DNA of 64,000 bases, from NCBI GenBank assembly GCA_043799405.1, contig JAZDNT010000003.1:271461-335460 (forward strand), given 5' to 3'. Under the pieces are notes generated by a model. That model ran no database searches, was not told the DNA's origin, and saw only the letters and a program-made list of their open reading frames with translations. This stretch comes from Candidatus Kerfeldbacteria bacterium (GTDB lineage Bacteria > Patescibacteriota > Patescibacteriia > SBBC01). The translations under genes and the position numbers were made by a program. This document shows positions 18,353 to 26,317 of this stretch, in pieces (position 1 is the first letter of the stretch; every line of letters starts with the position of its first letter).

Positions 18353-18826
18353 CTATCCTTTCCCTAACGCGTCAAGCGCTGCTTTTGCATAGTATCGGAT
18401 CGTATCACGAATGCCATACACCGGATCATCAAGCTCTTTCTCCGTGAACCACTTCCACTCATCGCTTCGGTCTCCGGCGCTCATCGGTGCTACCTTTCCA
18501 CTGTCCGAAGTAGCAAAAAATCGCAAGGTCACGTGCTCATGGGTATTTGACACACGGTGGCGATCCATAAATGCAGGACCGACGAGCTGACGGTATGCTG
18601 GCTCATCCTTTCCGATATTCGGCTGCGGACCGACGAGCGTGATAATAAGACCGGTCTCTTCCTTTGCCTCGCGCACGGCAGCTTCGTTCGGATCCTCTCC
18701 GGATTCAACGTGACCTCCGACGCCGAGCCAAATGTGATACTTTTCGTGCATACGGAGGAGCACCCTGCTGTTGTATACGATGAACGTTTCAACGGTGAGG
18801 CAGAGATGGTCGTGCGTGTGCGGCAT
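18353..18826 (-). CDS. NUDIX hydrolase
   Basis: Nudix box GGHVESGEDPNEAAVREAKEETGL. Preferred start is MPHTHDH.. at 18826; the ORF track start is 18898. Confidence 0.8.
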   Translation of the reverse strand: MPHTHDHLCLTVETFIVYNSRVLLRMHEKYHIWLGVGGHVESGEDPNEAAVREAKEETGLIITLVGPQPNIGKDEPAYRQLVGPAFMDRHRVSNTHEHVTLRFFATSDSGKVAPMSAGDRSDEWKWFTEKELDDPVYGIRDTIRYYAKAALDALGKG

Positions 18827-18904
18827 GAATGTATCATAGCATAGCGCTTGCTCGTTGACGCCTACCATACGTCTAGGTACACTATTCCTACGTTCCACGT
18901 GTCA

Positions 18905-19030
18905 TCCCCAGCGCTCCGGGGTACCCCGCACCGGGACTCACTTCATTCGTCCGGTACGGGGCAGGGCTCCCGCCTACGCCGTCGCTTCGGCGGGCAGGCA
19001 GTGGCCCCGCATGTGGCAGTAGGTGGTAGA
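18905..19030. repeat. GC-rich multi-hairpin intergenic element
   Basis: Stem ccccgcaccggga (18924..18936) pairs with tccggtacgggg (18950..18961). Stem cccgcc (18969..) pairs with ggcggg (..18994). 18977..18999 cgccgtcgcttcggcgggcaggc recurs at 50045..50072 with a 4-nt insertion. Confidence 0.5.
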
Positions 19031-19077
19031 GTGGTCGGCTGTACATTGACATTGATGTTTGGTATACCTAGTAATGT

Positions 19078-19389
19078 ATGCCAGACAAACGCCGGTATGC
19101 GGATCGCGCCGAATATCTCAAACTCGCCGTCGCCGAACGTCGGAAGACGATCAAAGCGACGGTGGTCGAGTATAAGGGTGGCCGCTGTCAAATCTGCGGA
19201 TATCATCGATCAATCGCTGCACTCGAGTTTCATCACCGGGTAGCTGCAACGAAGCGATTCTCGATATCCGGCCAGGGTCTAACGCGTTCATGGCAACGCG
19301 TAAAACAGGAAACGGATAAGTGTTTCCTGGTGTGCGCGAACTGTCACCGCGAACTGCATGCTGGCATGCGGCCCCATAAAAAATCATAA
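19078..19389 (+). CDS. small HNH-endonuclease-family protein
   Basis: 103 aa. The CQICGY..LEFHH...CANCHRELH arrangement (CxxC..HH..CxxCH) is that of the HNH/zinc-finger nuclease fold. Confidence 0.6.
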   Translation: MPDKRRYADRAEYLKLAVAERRKTIKATVVEYKGGRCQICGYHRSIAALEFHHRVAATKRFSISGQGLTRSWQRVKQETDKCFLVCANCHRELHAGMRPHKKS

Positions 19390-19442
19390 GTACTGATTGC
19401 TCCGTAGTACCCGCGTAAAACGTTCTAAAAAACTTTGTTGAT

Positions 19443-19517
19443 TCCGAGGTAGCTCAGTGGTAGAGCAGTCGCCTGTTAAGCGATTGGTCGTGGGTTCGAG
19501 TCCCACCCTCGGAGCCA
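19443..19517 (+). tRNA. tRNA-Asn (GTT), CCA encoded
   Basis: Hand-folded cloverleaf: acceptor TCCGAGG/CCTCGGA, D arm GCTC-AGTGGTA-GAGC, anticodon arm GTCGC-CTGTTAA-GCGAT, T arm GTGGG-TTCGAGT-CCCAC, discriminator G, CCA. 75 nt. Confidence 0.9.
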
Positions 19518-19595
19518 ACAAAGTTTTTTTGTTCTAGAAAAATTATTCGAAATATAAGCACTGATGCCTACGACGCAGGTTCTCCCGCAACCTTG

Positions 19596-19712
19596 ATTTA
19601 ATAATTTATGGAAGGCGGGATCCCGCTCCGTCGCGTAATACGTGGCTCCGCGGGAGAATCCTTGCCCCGAACCACGTAGGGTTCGGGTCTGTCCCCGGGG
19701 CCACATTACGTG
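19596..19712. repeat. GC-rich multi-hairpin intergenic element
   Basis: Palindromes gcgggatcccgc and ccccgggg. Hairpin cccgaacc-acgta-ggttcggg. The flanking gcgtaatacgtggc / gccacattacgtgc are imperfectly complementary. gggatcccgc..tccgtcgc resembles gggctcccgcc..gccgtcgc at 18964..18985. Confidence 0.4.
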
Positions 19713-19726
19713 CGAGAAGCCAAGTA

Positions 19727-19755
19727 ACGACAATCCCCTTCTTTTTTTGTATACT
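19727..19755 (+). promoter_or_regulatory. putative promoter of the ferredoxin-hydrogenase operon
   Basis: ACGACA - 17 nt - TATACT, about 45 nt upstream of ATG 19800. The same TATACT -10 hexamer is seen upstream of the HU gene. The -35 is weak. Confidence 0.3.
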
Positions 19756-19799
19756 GTATCCATCAACCACGTATCGACAACTAACGAAAGGGATTCATT

Positions 19800-20081
19800 A
19801 TGGCCGATGAAAAAAAGAAGGTGAAGAAGGTCGTCGTGAACCGCGACCTCTGCATTGGCGCGGCGAGCTGTATCGTGAATGCGCCGGGTGTTTTTGAGCT
19901 CGACGCCGAGAACAAGGCGGTCATGAAGCTCGACAAGGGCGCGAAGAGCTCCGGTCCTTCGGAACGGAAAGACCTCGAAGACAAAACAATCGACGACGAA
20001 ACGATCATCAATGCAGCGCAGTCCTGCCCGACCAAGGCGATCTTCGTGTACGACGAGGACGGGAAGCAGATCTATCCATGA
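19800..20081 (+). CDS. small single-cluster ferredoxin
   Basis: 93 aa. The DLCIGAASC ... SCPTKAI pattern (CxxxxxC...CP) matches [3Fe-4S]/[4Fe-4S] mono-cluster ferredoxins. ATGA overlap with the next gene. Confidence 0.7.
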   Translation: MADEKKKVKKVVVNRDLCIGAASCIVNAPGVFELDAENKAVMKLDKGAKSSGPSERKDLEDKTIDDETIINAAQSCPTKAIFVYDEDGKQIYP

Positions 20082-21322
20082 TACAGACGAAGTACCTGAT
20101 CGTCGGGGGCGGGGTCGCAGGAACCTCCGCTGCCGAGACCATCCGGCTGAAAGACAAGACGTCAAGCATCCACATCGTCTCGGACGAACCGTACCGGTTC
20201 TACTCGCGCATCATGCTGTCAAAGCCATCGTTCTTCCTCGGGAAGATCCCGTTCGATTCGGTCTTCCTAAAATCGGAGTCGTGGGCAAAGGATAACAGCA
20301 TCAGTACGACGTTCAGGCAGCGGGTTGTCTCTTTGGATACGAAGAAGAAGCTTGTGACGCTGAAGGACGGCAACGAGATCGCCTACGAGAAGCTCCTGCT
20401 GGCGCTCGGCTGCGACGTTTGTCGCTGGACCATCCCCGGAGCAGACAAAAAAGGCGTTCACTACCTCCGTACGCTCGATGACGCGAAGGGCATCATTGCG
20501 GACGTGAAGACAGCGAAGAAAGCGGTCGTCATCGGAGGCGGGTTCATCGGCTTCGAAATGTGCGACATGCTGAAGCTCGCAGGCCTCGATGTAACGCTCA
20601 TCATCCGCGAGAAGTACTTTTGGGAGCCTCTGCTCGATGAGCCGTCCGGACGCATGATCGAAGCGGCACTGAAAAAAGGAGGAGTGAACATCGTTTACGA
20701 AACGCTCGTTGATGAGGTCATTGGCAGAACACGCGTCGAGGGAGTGAAGCTCAATAGCGGAGCGACCATGCCGGTCGACATGATCATCGTCGGGATCGGG
20801 ACGAAGACCACGCTCGACTGGATTAAAAATGCCGGGATCTCCTGCAACCGAGGCGTACTGGCGAACGAATTCTTGCAGACGTCCGCGCCGGACGTATACA
20901 CTGCCGGCGACTCTGCCGAGTACGGGGACAGGATCCTGAACGAATACATCCAGTTCGGCAACTGGGCGAATGCGCAGCTGCAGGGCAAAATAGCAGCAGA
21001 GAACATGATGGGCGGTAACATACCGTTCAAACACGTCTCGTTCTATACTGCACAGGGCCTCGGGACCGCGATCGTGTTTGCCGGCGACATTCGCATACTC
21101 CCCGGAAGAACGGTCGTAACGCGGGGAATGCCCGCATCCGGGGGCTATACCCGCATCATCATTTGGAACGGCGAGGTTGAAGGTGCTACGATGATCAACA
21201 GGACCGTCGACCTGCAGCCGCTTCTGAAAATCATTGAACAGGATGTTAAAATTGAGCCGTACTTGAAACAGCTTGCTGACCCTTCATTCGACCTGAAGTC
21301 GATACCTTTGCAGAAACCATGA
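20078..21322 (+). CDS. FAD-dependent pyridine-nucleotide oxidoreductase (ferredoxin/rubredoxin reductase-like)
   Basis: 414 aa. FAD fold YLIVGGGVAGTSAAE, NAD(P) fold AVVIGGGFIGFEM, and TAGD motif VYTAGDSAE. Overall layout is that of class-I two-dinucleotide-binding-domain flavoproteins. Confidence 0.75.
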   Translation: MIQTKYLIVGGGVAGTSAAETIRLKDKTSSIHIVSDEPYRFYSRIMLSKPSFFLGKIPFDSVFLKSESWAKDNSISTTFRQRVVSLDTKKKLVTLKDGNEIAYEKLLLALGCDVCRWTIPGADKKGVHYLRTLDDAKGIIADVKTAKKAVVIGGGFIGFEMCDMLKLAGLDVTLIIREKYFWEPLLDEPSGRMIEAALKKGGVNIVYETLVDEVIGRTRVEGVKLNSGATMPVDMIIVGIGTKTTLDWIKNAGISCNRGVLANEFLQTSAPDVYTAGDSAEYGDRILNEYIQFGNWANAQLQGKIAAENMMGGNIPFKHVSFYTAQGLGTAIVFAGDIRILPGRTVVTRGMPASGGYTRIIIWNGEVEGATMINRTVDLQPLLKIIEQDVKIEPYLKQLADPSFDLKSIPLQKP

Positions 21323-21400
21323 TCCCGTTAGAAGTCCCCTTAATAAAACATTGAACATGAACGACCATGGCCAACTTGCCAAAAGTTACTTCTAACGGGA
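21323..21400. mobile_element. MITE-like element copy 1 (78 bp) at oxidoreductase-stop / hydrogenase-start junction
   Basis: TIRs tcccgttagaagt (21323..) and acttctaacggga (..21400) are perfect. Flanked by tga (21320..21322) and tga (21401..21403). The interior is homologous to copy 2. Confidence 0.65.
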
Positions 21401-21888
21401 TGACGCCGCCGAAGAAAAAGATACGCATTGGATGGTTCTCGTTCTCGTGCTGCGAGGACAGCACCATCGTGTTCACCGAGCTCATGAACGACCACTGGAA
21501 GGAGTGGAAGGAGCTCTTCGACTTCCGGCACGCGCACGTATTGAAAAGCAAGAATGTCATGGACGACATGGACATCGCGTTCGTTGAGGGAGCTATCGCA
21601 TCGGAAGCGCATGCAAAAAAGCTCAAGACCATCAGGAGCAAGGCGAAAAAGCTCGTCGCGATCGGCTCCTGCGCGGTCATTGGTATGCCGTCTGCACAAC
21701 GGAACAGCTTTACGCCGGAACAAATGCACGAGATACAGTTCCTCATCGACCGGTTCAAGGCGCTGCCAAAAGTATTAAGGGTGTCTGACGTCGTGAAGGT
21801 CGATGCGCAGGTTCCCGGCTGCCCCATGGATCCGAAGCTCTTCCTCGCTGCAGTGGATGGACTTGTCAAGGAATTTCTTAACGCCTGA
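21400..21888 (+). CDS. [NiFe]-hydrogenase small subunit (short, proximal-cluster-only type)
   Basis: MTPPKKKIRIGWFSFSCCEDS..., GSCAVIG and VPGCPMD supply the four Cys of a proximal [4Fe-4S] cluster, as in NuoB/HoxY-like short small subunits. The ORF track start at 21367 is an in-frame ATG inside the inserted element. Confidence 0.75.
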   Translation: MTPPKKKIRIGWFSFSCCEDSTIVFTELMNDHWKEWKELFDFRHAHVLKSKNVMDDMDIAFVEGAIASEAHAKKLKTIRSKAKKLVAIGSCAVIGMPSAQRNSFTPEQMHEIQFLIDRFKALPKVLRVSDVVKVDAQVPGCPMDPKLFLAAVDGLVKEFLNA

Positions 21889-21891
21889 CCT

Positions 21892-23211
21892 ATGCACACG
21901 ATAGACCTCACCATGGACCGCATCTCGAAGATCGAGGGTTCGGCGTCGCTCGACGTCAAGGTCGTGGACGACAAGGTCACGGAATGCCACTTCAAAACGA
22001 CGGAGTACAAACGCTTCTACGTCGAGGCGATGAAGGGAAAGCCTATCATCGCGCTGCCGCAGCTTTTGTCGCGTATCTGCGGCACGTGCTCGAACGCGCA
22101 CCTCTTGTGTAGTATCGCGGCGTGCGAGGATGCGCTCGGCATCGTCCCGAGTATGCAGACCATGCTGCTCCGGTGGCTCACCATGTATGGCCTGAACATT
22201 CGCGACCACGCCCTGCACCTCTACCTCTTTTCGATGCCGGACCTCTACGGCAAGGACGCGTTCCTCGATTTCGACGAGAACGACCCGGAGCAGCACCAGC
22301 AGCTGCACGACGGCTTTGAAATAAAAGCGGCTGGAAATTTCCTTGCGACCCTCGTTGCTGGCCGTAGCGTGCACGCACTCCACCCGACGATCGGCGGATT
22401 TCTACGCTTCCCCGATGCCGAAGGTATCAAAGAAGCGATCACAAAGCTCGAGAAAGCGCGCCCAGCTGTTCTGCGGCTCATCGACACGTTCGCGAAAGCG
22501 CCGTTCCACCTTGACCGGAAAACGCACTATATGGCGCTCGTTCCCGAACGGTTCGGATACCTGACCGGCTCGATCTACAGGACCGATACCGGCGAAACGA
22601 TCCCGCCGCGCGAGTTCCGGCAGCACCTTGAGCATGTCGTTCTCCCCTACTCGCAGGCATCAGCGTACAAGCACAAAGAACATTCGTACATGGTAGGTGC
22701 TCTGGCGCGCCTCAACATCGCGAAAGAAAAGCTCCACGCAAAGACAAAGCAAACGTTAGGAAAACTCCTTGACCGGTTCCCGTCAACGGATATTTTCGAC
22801 AATAACCTCGCGCAGGCTATCGAGGTTCTTCACTGCCTCGATGATGCCGTAGAGATACTTAGGACCAGCTCATTCAAACCCGAGCCGGTCGTGAAAAAGC
22901 CGTACAAAGCCGGTATCGGCATTGGTGTTATCGAAGCGCCGCGCGGAACGCTCTACCATAAGGTCGAGATCGACGACAAGGGCATTGTCAAAGGCGGCGA
23001 GGTCATCGTCCCGACGAACCAGAACCAGATAAACATCGAAGAGGATATCGTTGTCCTCGTCGAAAAGCTGTTACCTAACACAGAAAAAGAAAAGCTCGAA
23101 TTCGAGATCGAAAAGCTCATCCGCGCGTATGATCCGTGCATGAGCTGCGCCGCGCACTTTTTGAAAGTGAATTGGCAATCCCTGAAGGCGAAGCCCCGCA
23201 CCGGAGCGTAG
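21892..23211 (+). CDS. [NiFe]-hydrogenase large subunit (cytosolic group-3-like)
   Basis: 439 aa. N-terminal RICGTCSNAH and C-terminal DPCMSCAAH Ni-Fe ligand motifs. A 17-aa extension follows the His, as expected for endopeptidase processing. Confidence 0.85.
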   Translation: MHTIDLTMDRISKIEGSASLDVKVVDDKVTECHFKTTEYKRFYVEAMKGKPIIALPQLLSRICGTCSNAHLLCSIAACEDALGIVPSMQTMLLRWLTMYGLNIRDHALHLYLFSMPDLYGKDAFLDFDENDPEQHQQLHDGFEIKAAGNFLATLVAGRSVHALHPTIGGFLRFPDAEGIKEAITKLEKARPAVLRLIDTFAKAPFHLDRKTHYMALVPERFGYLTGSIYRTDTGETIPPREFRQHLEHVVLPYSQASAYKHKEHSYMVGALARLNIAKEKLHAKTKQTLGKLLDRFPSTDIFDNNLAQAIEVLHCLDDAVEILRTSSFKPEPVVKKPYKAGIGIGVIEAPRGTLYHKVEIDDKGIVKGGEVIVPTNQNQINIEEDIVVLVEKLLPNTEKEKLEFEIEKLIRAYDPCMSCAAHFLKVNWQSLKAKPRTGA

Positions 23212-23460
23212 CGACCGGTGCGTGGGTGAAGTGGGACAAAGCGTAAGCGCTGGCGAAGCGGCTATCTTTTCATTACCACCTCCCCGTCCTGTCGAATGAC
23301 GGGACAACCCCTCCACAGTAGCGGAGAGGTTCTTAAGGTGCCGAGCTCCATTCCTTGACATTGTTACGGATAGTGCTAACGTCAGCACGTTGCTGTCCCC
23401 ATAAACCAGTCGACCTGAACGCCTATTGACAGATCGGCAGAAACACCACGTCCCACCGCC

Positions 23461-23925
23461 ATGAGAATGGCAAGGAGTTCACTCATGTTTGAGATACCAG
23501 AGGTTCTGTATGAGATTGTGAGGATGTTTGTGCTTTGTGCCGCTGGTATTGATCTCGTTTGGACGATCGTGTATGGTTTTTCGCTCAACTACCATTTCGA
23601 CTGGCGTGAATACTTCCATATTAAGTTTGTGGTCTACGGCGCCAGGACGCTCTTCCTCTTGGTATTTCTAGGGGTCACCCATATTACGTACAACCACCTG
23701 AACGACGAGCCAATACTGTATGGTGCGGCGAAAACGGCTGTGCTTGTGTGCGCTGTTGCGTACATACTGTACGATGTCGTGATGGCGCTCTATCATGGCA
23801 TCCGTGATTTCCGTGGGTATTCGGACCCGGAATGGCCCATATCACTGATGTACCCACACGCCCTTCGTGCGTGTCTACTGGCCGTGATTGCCGGTGCGTA
23901 CTGTGGGCTCATCTGGGTCTCATGA
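23461..23925 (+). CDS. hypothetical 4-TM membrane protein
   Basis: 154-aa ORF with four hydrophobic stretches. No family recognised. Confidence 0.4.
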   Translation: MRMARSSLMFEIPEVLYEIVRMFVLCAAGIDLVWTIVYGFSLNYHFDWREYFHIKFVVYGARTLFLLVFLGVTHITYNHLNDEPILYGAAKTAVLVCAVAYILYDVVMALYHGIRDFRGYSDPEWPISLMYPHALRACLLAVIAGAYCGLIWVS

Positions 23926-24059
23926 TTCTGAACACCGGCCACGTTCTCTTCTTGAAGAGGACCATTCCGGGAGGAAGTTCTGGTATACCTCACCATCGGA
24001 CGCCCTCCGTTCGTCACCCTTTGTTCGTTCTCGTGCACCCTGCGCGAGTACGACCTACC

Positions 24060-24099
24060 GAAGCCCGAGCACTCTCTTGCCCGGGCTTCATGATTTTTT
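24060..24099 (+). terminator. putative intrinsic terminator
   Basis: gaagcccg-agcactctcttgc-cgggcttc followed by atgatttttt. Confidence 0.45.
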
Positions 24100-24136
24100 A
24101 CGCAAAAACCTCTGTTTCGACGAGTTGGTTTGCTTC

Positions 24137-24505
24137 TTAAGAAACCATCCGATCGACGAGGATCATCATTACCGCGCCGACGACCATGAGGTAGCCGAAG
24201 CGAGGCTGGAGTTTCTTGTTTCTGGATAATGCTGCAAACGCGATCAGGACAAGCCATACCGCGACCGCACCAACGGTCATAGGAACGCCGACCCTGAGAA
24301 TCTCGGAAAGGATGTGGCGGAGTCCGGCAGTGAAGAACGGCGGGTAGAACACTACCTCGCCGTGGTAGATGTGCTCCGGAATGAGCCAGGCAACCCCGCC
24401 CCAGAGCAGGGCAAGAAGCCACGCAACGTGAAAGCGCGGTGTGATCTTCTTCTTTGCAGCGGTCACGATGATTGCTGCAGTTGTCGGAGCAATGAAGCAG
24501 GCCAT
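24137..24505 (-). CDS. hypothetical membrane protein
   Basis: 122-aa ORF with 3-4 hydrophobic helices. The overlapping 209-aa Arg-rich ORF in another frame is rejected. Confidence 0.4.
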   Translation of the reverse strand: MACFIAPTTAAIIVTAAKKKITPRFHVAWLLALLWGGVAWLIPEHIYHGEVVFYPPFFTAGLRHILSEILRVGVPMTVGAVAVWLVLIAFAALSRNKKLQPRFGYLMVVGAVMMILVDRMVS

Positions 24506-24543
24506 ACCGAAAGTATAGCCGAAGTTGAGATTTTTTTACACTT

Positions 24544-24813
24544 CTACGCTGAATAGCCTCGGCGCTTCATTTTTGTATTGATGCTCATCTTTTCCCCTGG
24601 TTTTCTTACGGTTGCCACCTTTCTACCGTATGACTGCCCTTCAACACGCGCTATCAATTCTTCACCATTGATATAATCTTTCAATATTCCCTTAGCTTTT
24701 TGATAGCCCCGTTCTCTTTTCTCTGGAGTATCAATATCAGCCAATCGGAAAAATCGCTTTCGCGTATCCTCAAAAGTGTCTCCATCAATTACCTTTTTTA
24801 CTCGAACTCTCAT
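24544..24813 (-). CDS. short thermonuclease (SNase)-like protein
   Basis: VIDGDTFED..FRLADIDTPE....YGRKVATV matches SNase core motifs (DGDT, RL.GID.PE, YGR). At about 89 aa it is shorter than canonical SNase. Start at MRVRVKK; the ORF track start is 24864. Lies in the low-GC island. Confidence 0.45.
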   Translation of the reverse strand: MRVRVKKVIDGDTFEDTRKRFFRLADIDTPEKRERGYQKAKGILKDYINGEELIARVEGQSYGRKVATVRKPGEKMSINTKMKRRGYSA

Positions 24814-24829
24814 TTCTACCACCTCCTTC

Positions 24830-25717
24830 CTATGGATTGATACATGCCTTACGTTCTCGATCACTTGGTCGATCGCCCCAATCGCTCATTGCGACCGCAC
24901 AATATCCACGTAATTCAACGATTGGATGCCCGTTCCTACTATCTATAAGACCAACACTGAACACGCCACTATTACCATTCGTCTGTTCTGGCGCTTCGAC
25001 AATCCATGACGGCATCGGCCCTAATTTCATCGGATTGCCTTTGTCATCAAGAACAAGAAGGTCAACCCTGACTTGTTTTGAAATTTTTCCTTCAGGCGCT
25101 GTTATGGTTAGACAAGATGTAAATTCCTTTCCTATTGGCAGGGAAACATCGAGATGAAACCGATTTAATCTATCAACATGACCGCCTCCGTCATTGGGTT
25201 TAATGTATTCACCGTTTGCATTCACACCAGAAATTTTTTTCAGTGCAATTGTTCGGTCGTCGCCATCACCATGAATAACCTGCAGTTTATTATTCAAGCG
25301 AAACGAAAAATCAATTGAGGACGTCTGTGACAAAACCTTTGTGCAGACAAATACATTTTCTGGCATTGGTTTTGGTGACTGAATGTATCCCTGAGGATCA
25401 CGAATAGACCGTCCCTTATAACGATCTTTCCACTGTCGTCGGTAACCGTCCTCCGATAAAGTCAGAACCCCGTCATGATTCTCTAAATCATTGACTACTT
25501 GATCGCTCTTTACCCATTCCGCGAATGGCGTTCTATCAATCATCATTTCCGGTTGAGACGTTGGGCTCGGTTTCTGTTGCGTTATCCTGGCGATTGCATA
25601 TCCTCCCATTAGGCTGACCAACAATATAACAAAAGTACCCAATGACAATCCCTCCCACGACCAAAAGGTGTAACGGCGTCGGGCTCGAACATCTTGTTTG
25701 TTTTGCTTTATCTGCAT
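24830..25717 (-). CDS. hypothetical membrane-anchored protein
   Basis: 295-aa ORF with one TM helix (LSLGTFVILLVSLMGGYAIA). Low-GC codon usage. No family recognised. Confidence 0.4.
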   Translation of the reverse strand: MQIKQNKQDVRARRRYTFWSWEGLSLGTFVILLVSLMGGYAIARITQQKPSPTSQPEMMIDRTPFAEWVKSDQVVNDLENHDGVLTLSEDGYRRQWKDRYKGRSIRDPQGYIQSPKPMPENVFVCTKVLSQTSSIDFSFRLNNKLQVIHGDGDDRTIALKKISGVNANGEYIKPNDGGGHVDRLNRFHLDVSLPIGKEFTSCLTITAPEGKISKQVRVDLLVLDDKGNPMKLGPMPSWIVEAPEQTNGNSGVFSVGLIDSRNGHPIVELRGYCAVAMSDWGDRPSDRERKACINP

Positions 25718-25831
25718 ATTATCTATCTTCAGCGATGTGCCGATCTACAACGTGTGCTATAATGAGGAAGCCGAGTAATCGGCAGCAAAAAAATCTTCTC
25801 TTCGCGGGGAGGATTTTTTGCGATTCTTACT

Positions 25832-26209
25832 TCACGTTGGTTCATGTTCTTTTAGTTCAATCACGTAAATTGGTCCAATTGTTTCATCTGGTACGATTAC
25901 TGCCGGGTATTTCCCACTATATTTTAAAGGATCAATGTCGTAGAATCGTAAAAATGATCTCGCGGATATTGATGCGCTTCTGTTGGCTTCTGAATAATTC
26001 AATCGATAACAGCTATCGGACTTATCTTTAAGGAATTTAAAGGCAATTGCCTTCTTTTCTTTATCGAAAAAGAGCTCAACATAATTAAAATCAGCAACTC
26101 GGTGTTTTTCACAAAATGCGTGGGGAAGCCCAATAAAATGGGATTTCGTGAGACTTATTCGATCGTCCCATTTATCACCGACCCCTGAAAATCGTTCGAA
26201 GTTAAACAT
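25832..26209 (-). CDS. hypothetical protein
   Basis: 125-aa ORF in the low-GC island, preceded by a good promoter-like sequence. No family recognised. Confidence 0.4.
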   Translation of the reverse strand: MFNFERFSGVGDKWDDRISLTKSHFIGLPHAFCEKHRVADFNYVELFFDKEKKAIAFKFLKDKSDSCYRLNYSEANRSASISARSFLRFYDIDPLKYSGKYPAVIVPDETIGPIYVIELKEHEPT

Positions 26210-26217
26210 ATATCTGG

Positions 26218-26246
26218 AGCATATGCCTTTTCTTTTTACGTGTCAA
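26218..26246 (-). promoter_or_regulatory. putative sigma-70 promoter (near-leaderless) for 25832..26209
   Basis: Minus strand reads TTGACA - 17 nt - TATGCT. The -10 ends 8 nt before ATG 26209. Confidence 0.45.
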
Positions 26247-26317
26247 GCATAAATAGACATATTACATCACTTTTAATGACATATGTCAAAAAATGCTAAA
26301 TTTACCTCACTTCACTC

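Noticed and set aside
19047-19077. A TTGACA-containing promoter for the HNH gene. A similar ttgacattg string occurs at 23364 and another TTGACA at 23425.
   Set aside because: The -35 hexamers are perfect, but I could not find convincing -10 hexamers at 16-18 nt spacing (the best is TAGTAA). Support is too weak to annotate.
19732-19795. A possible fourth, degenerate copy of the MITE-like element in the ferredoxin leader. Here aatccccttc pairs with gaaagggatt, and ctaacgaaagggat resembles ctaacgggat.
   Set aside because: Only 9 of 10 bp pair, there is a 3-nt indel relative to the inverted repeat, and there is no flanking TGA duplication. The left arm would fall inside the putative promoter spacer. 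It may be an old decayed copy or chance.
23793-24422. A 209-aa minus-strand ORF spanning the spacer between two membrane-protein genes.
   Set aside because: It has an Arg/Pro/Gly-rich composition and no start context. It overlaps the better-supported hydrophobic ORFs 23461..23925 and 24137..24505 and a terminator-like hairpin.
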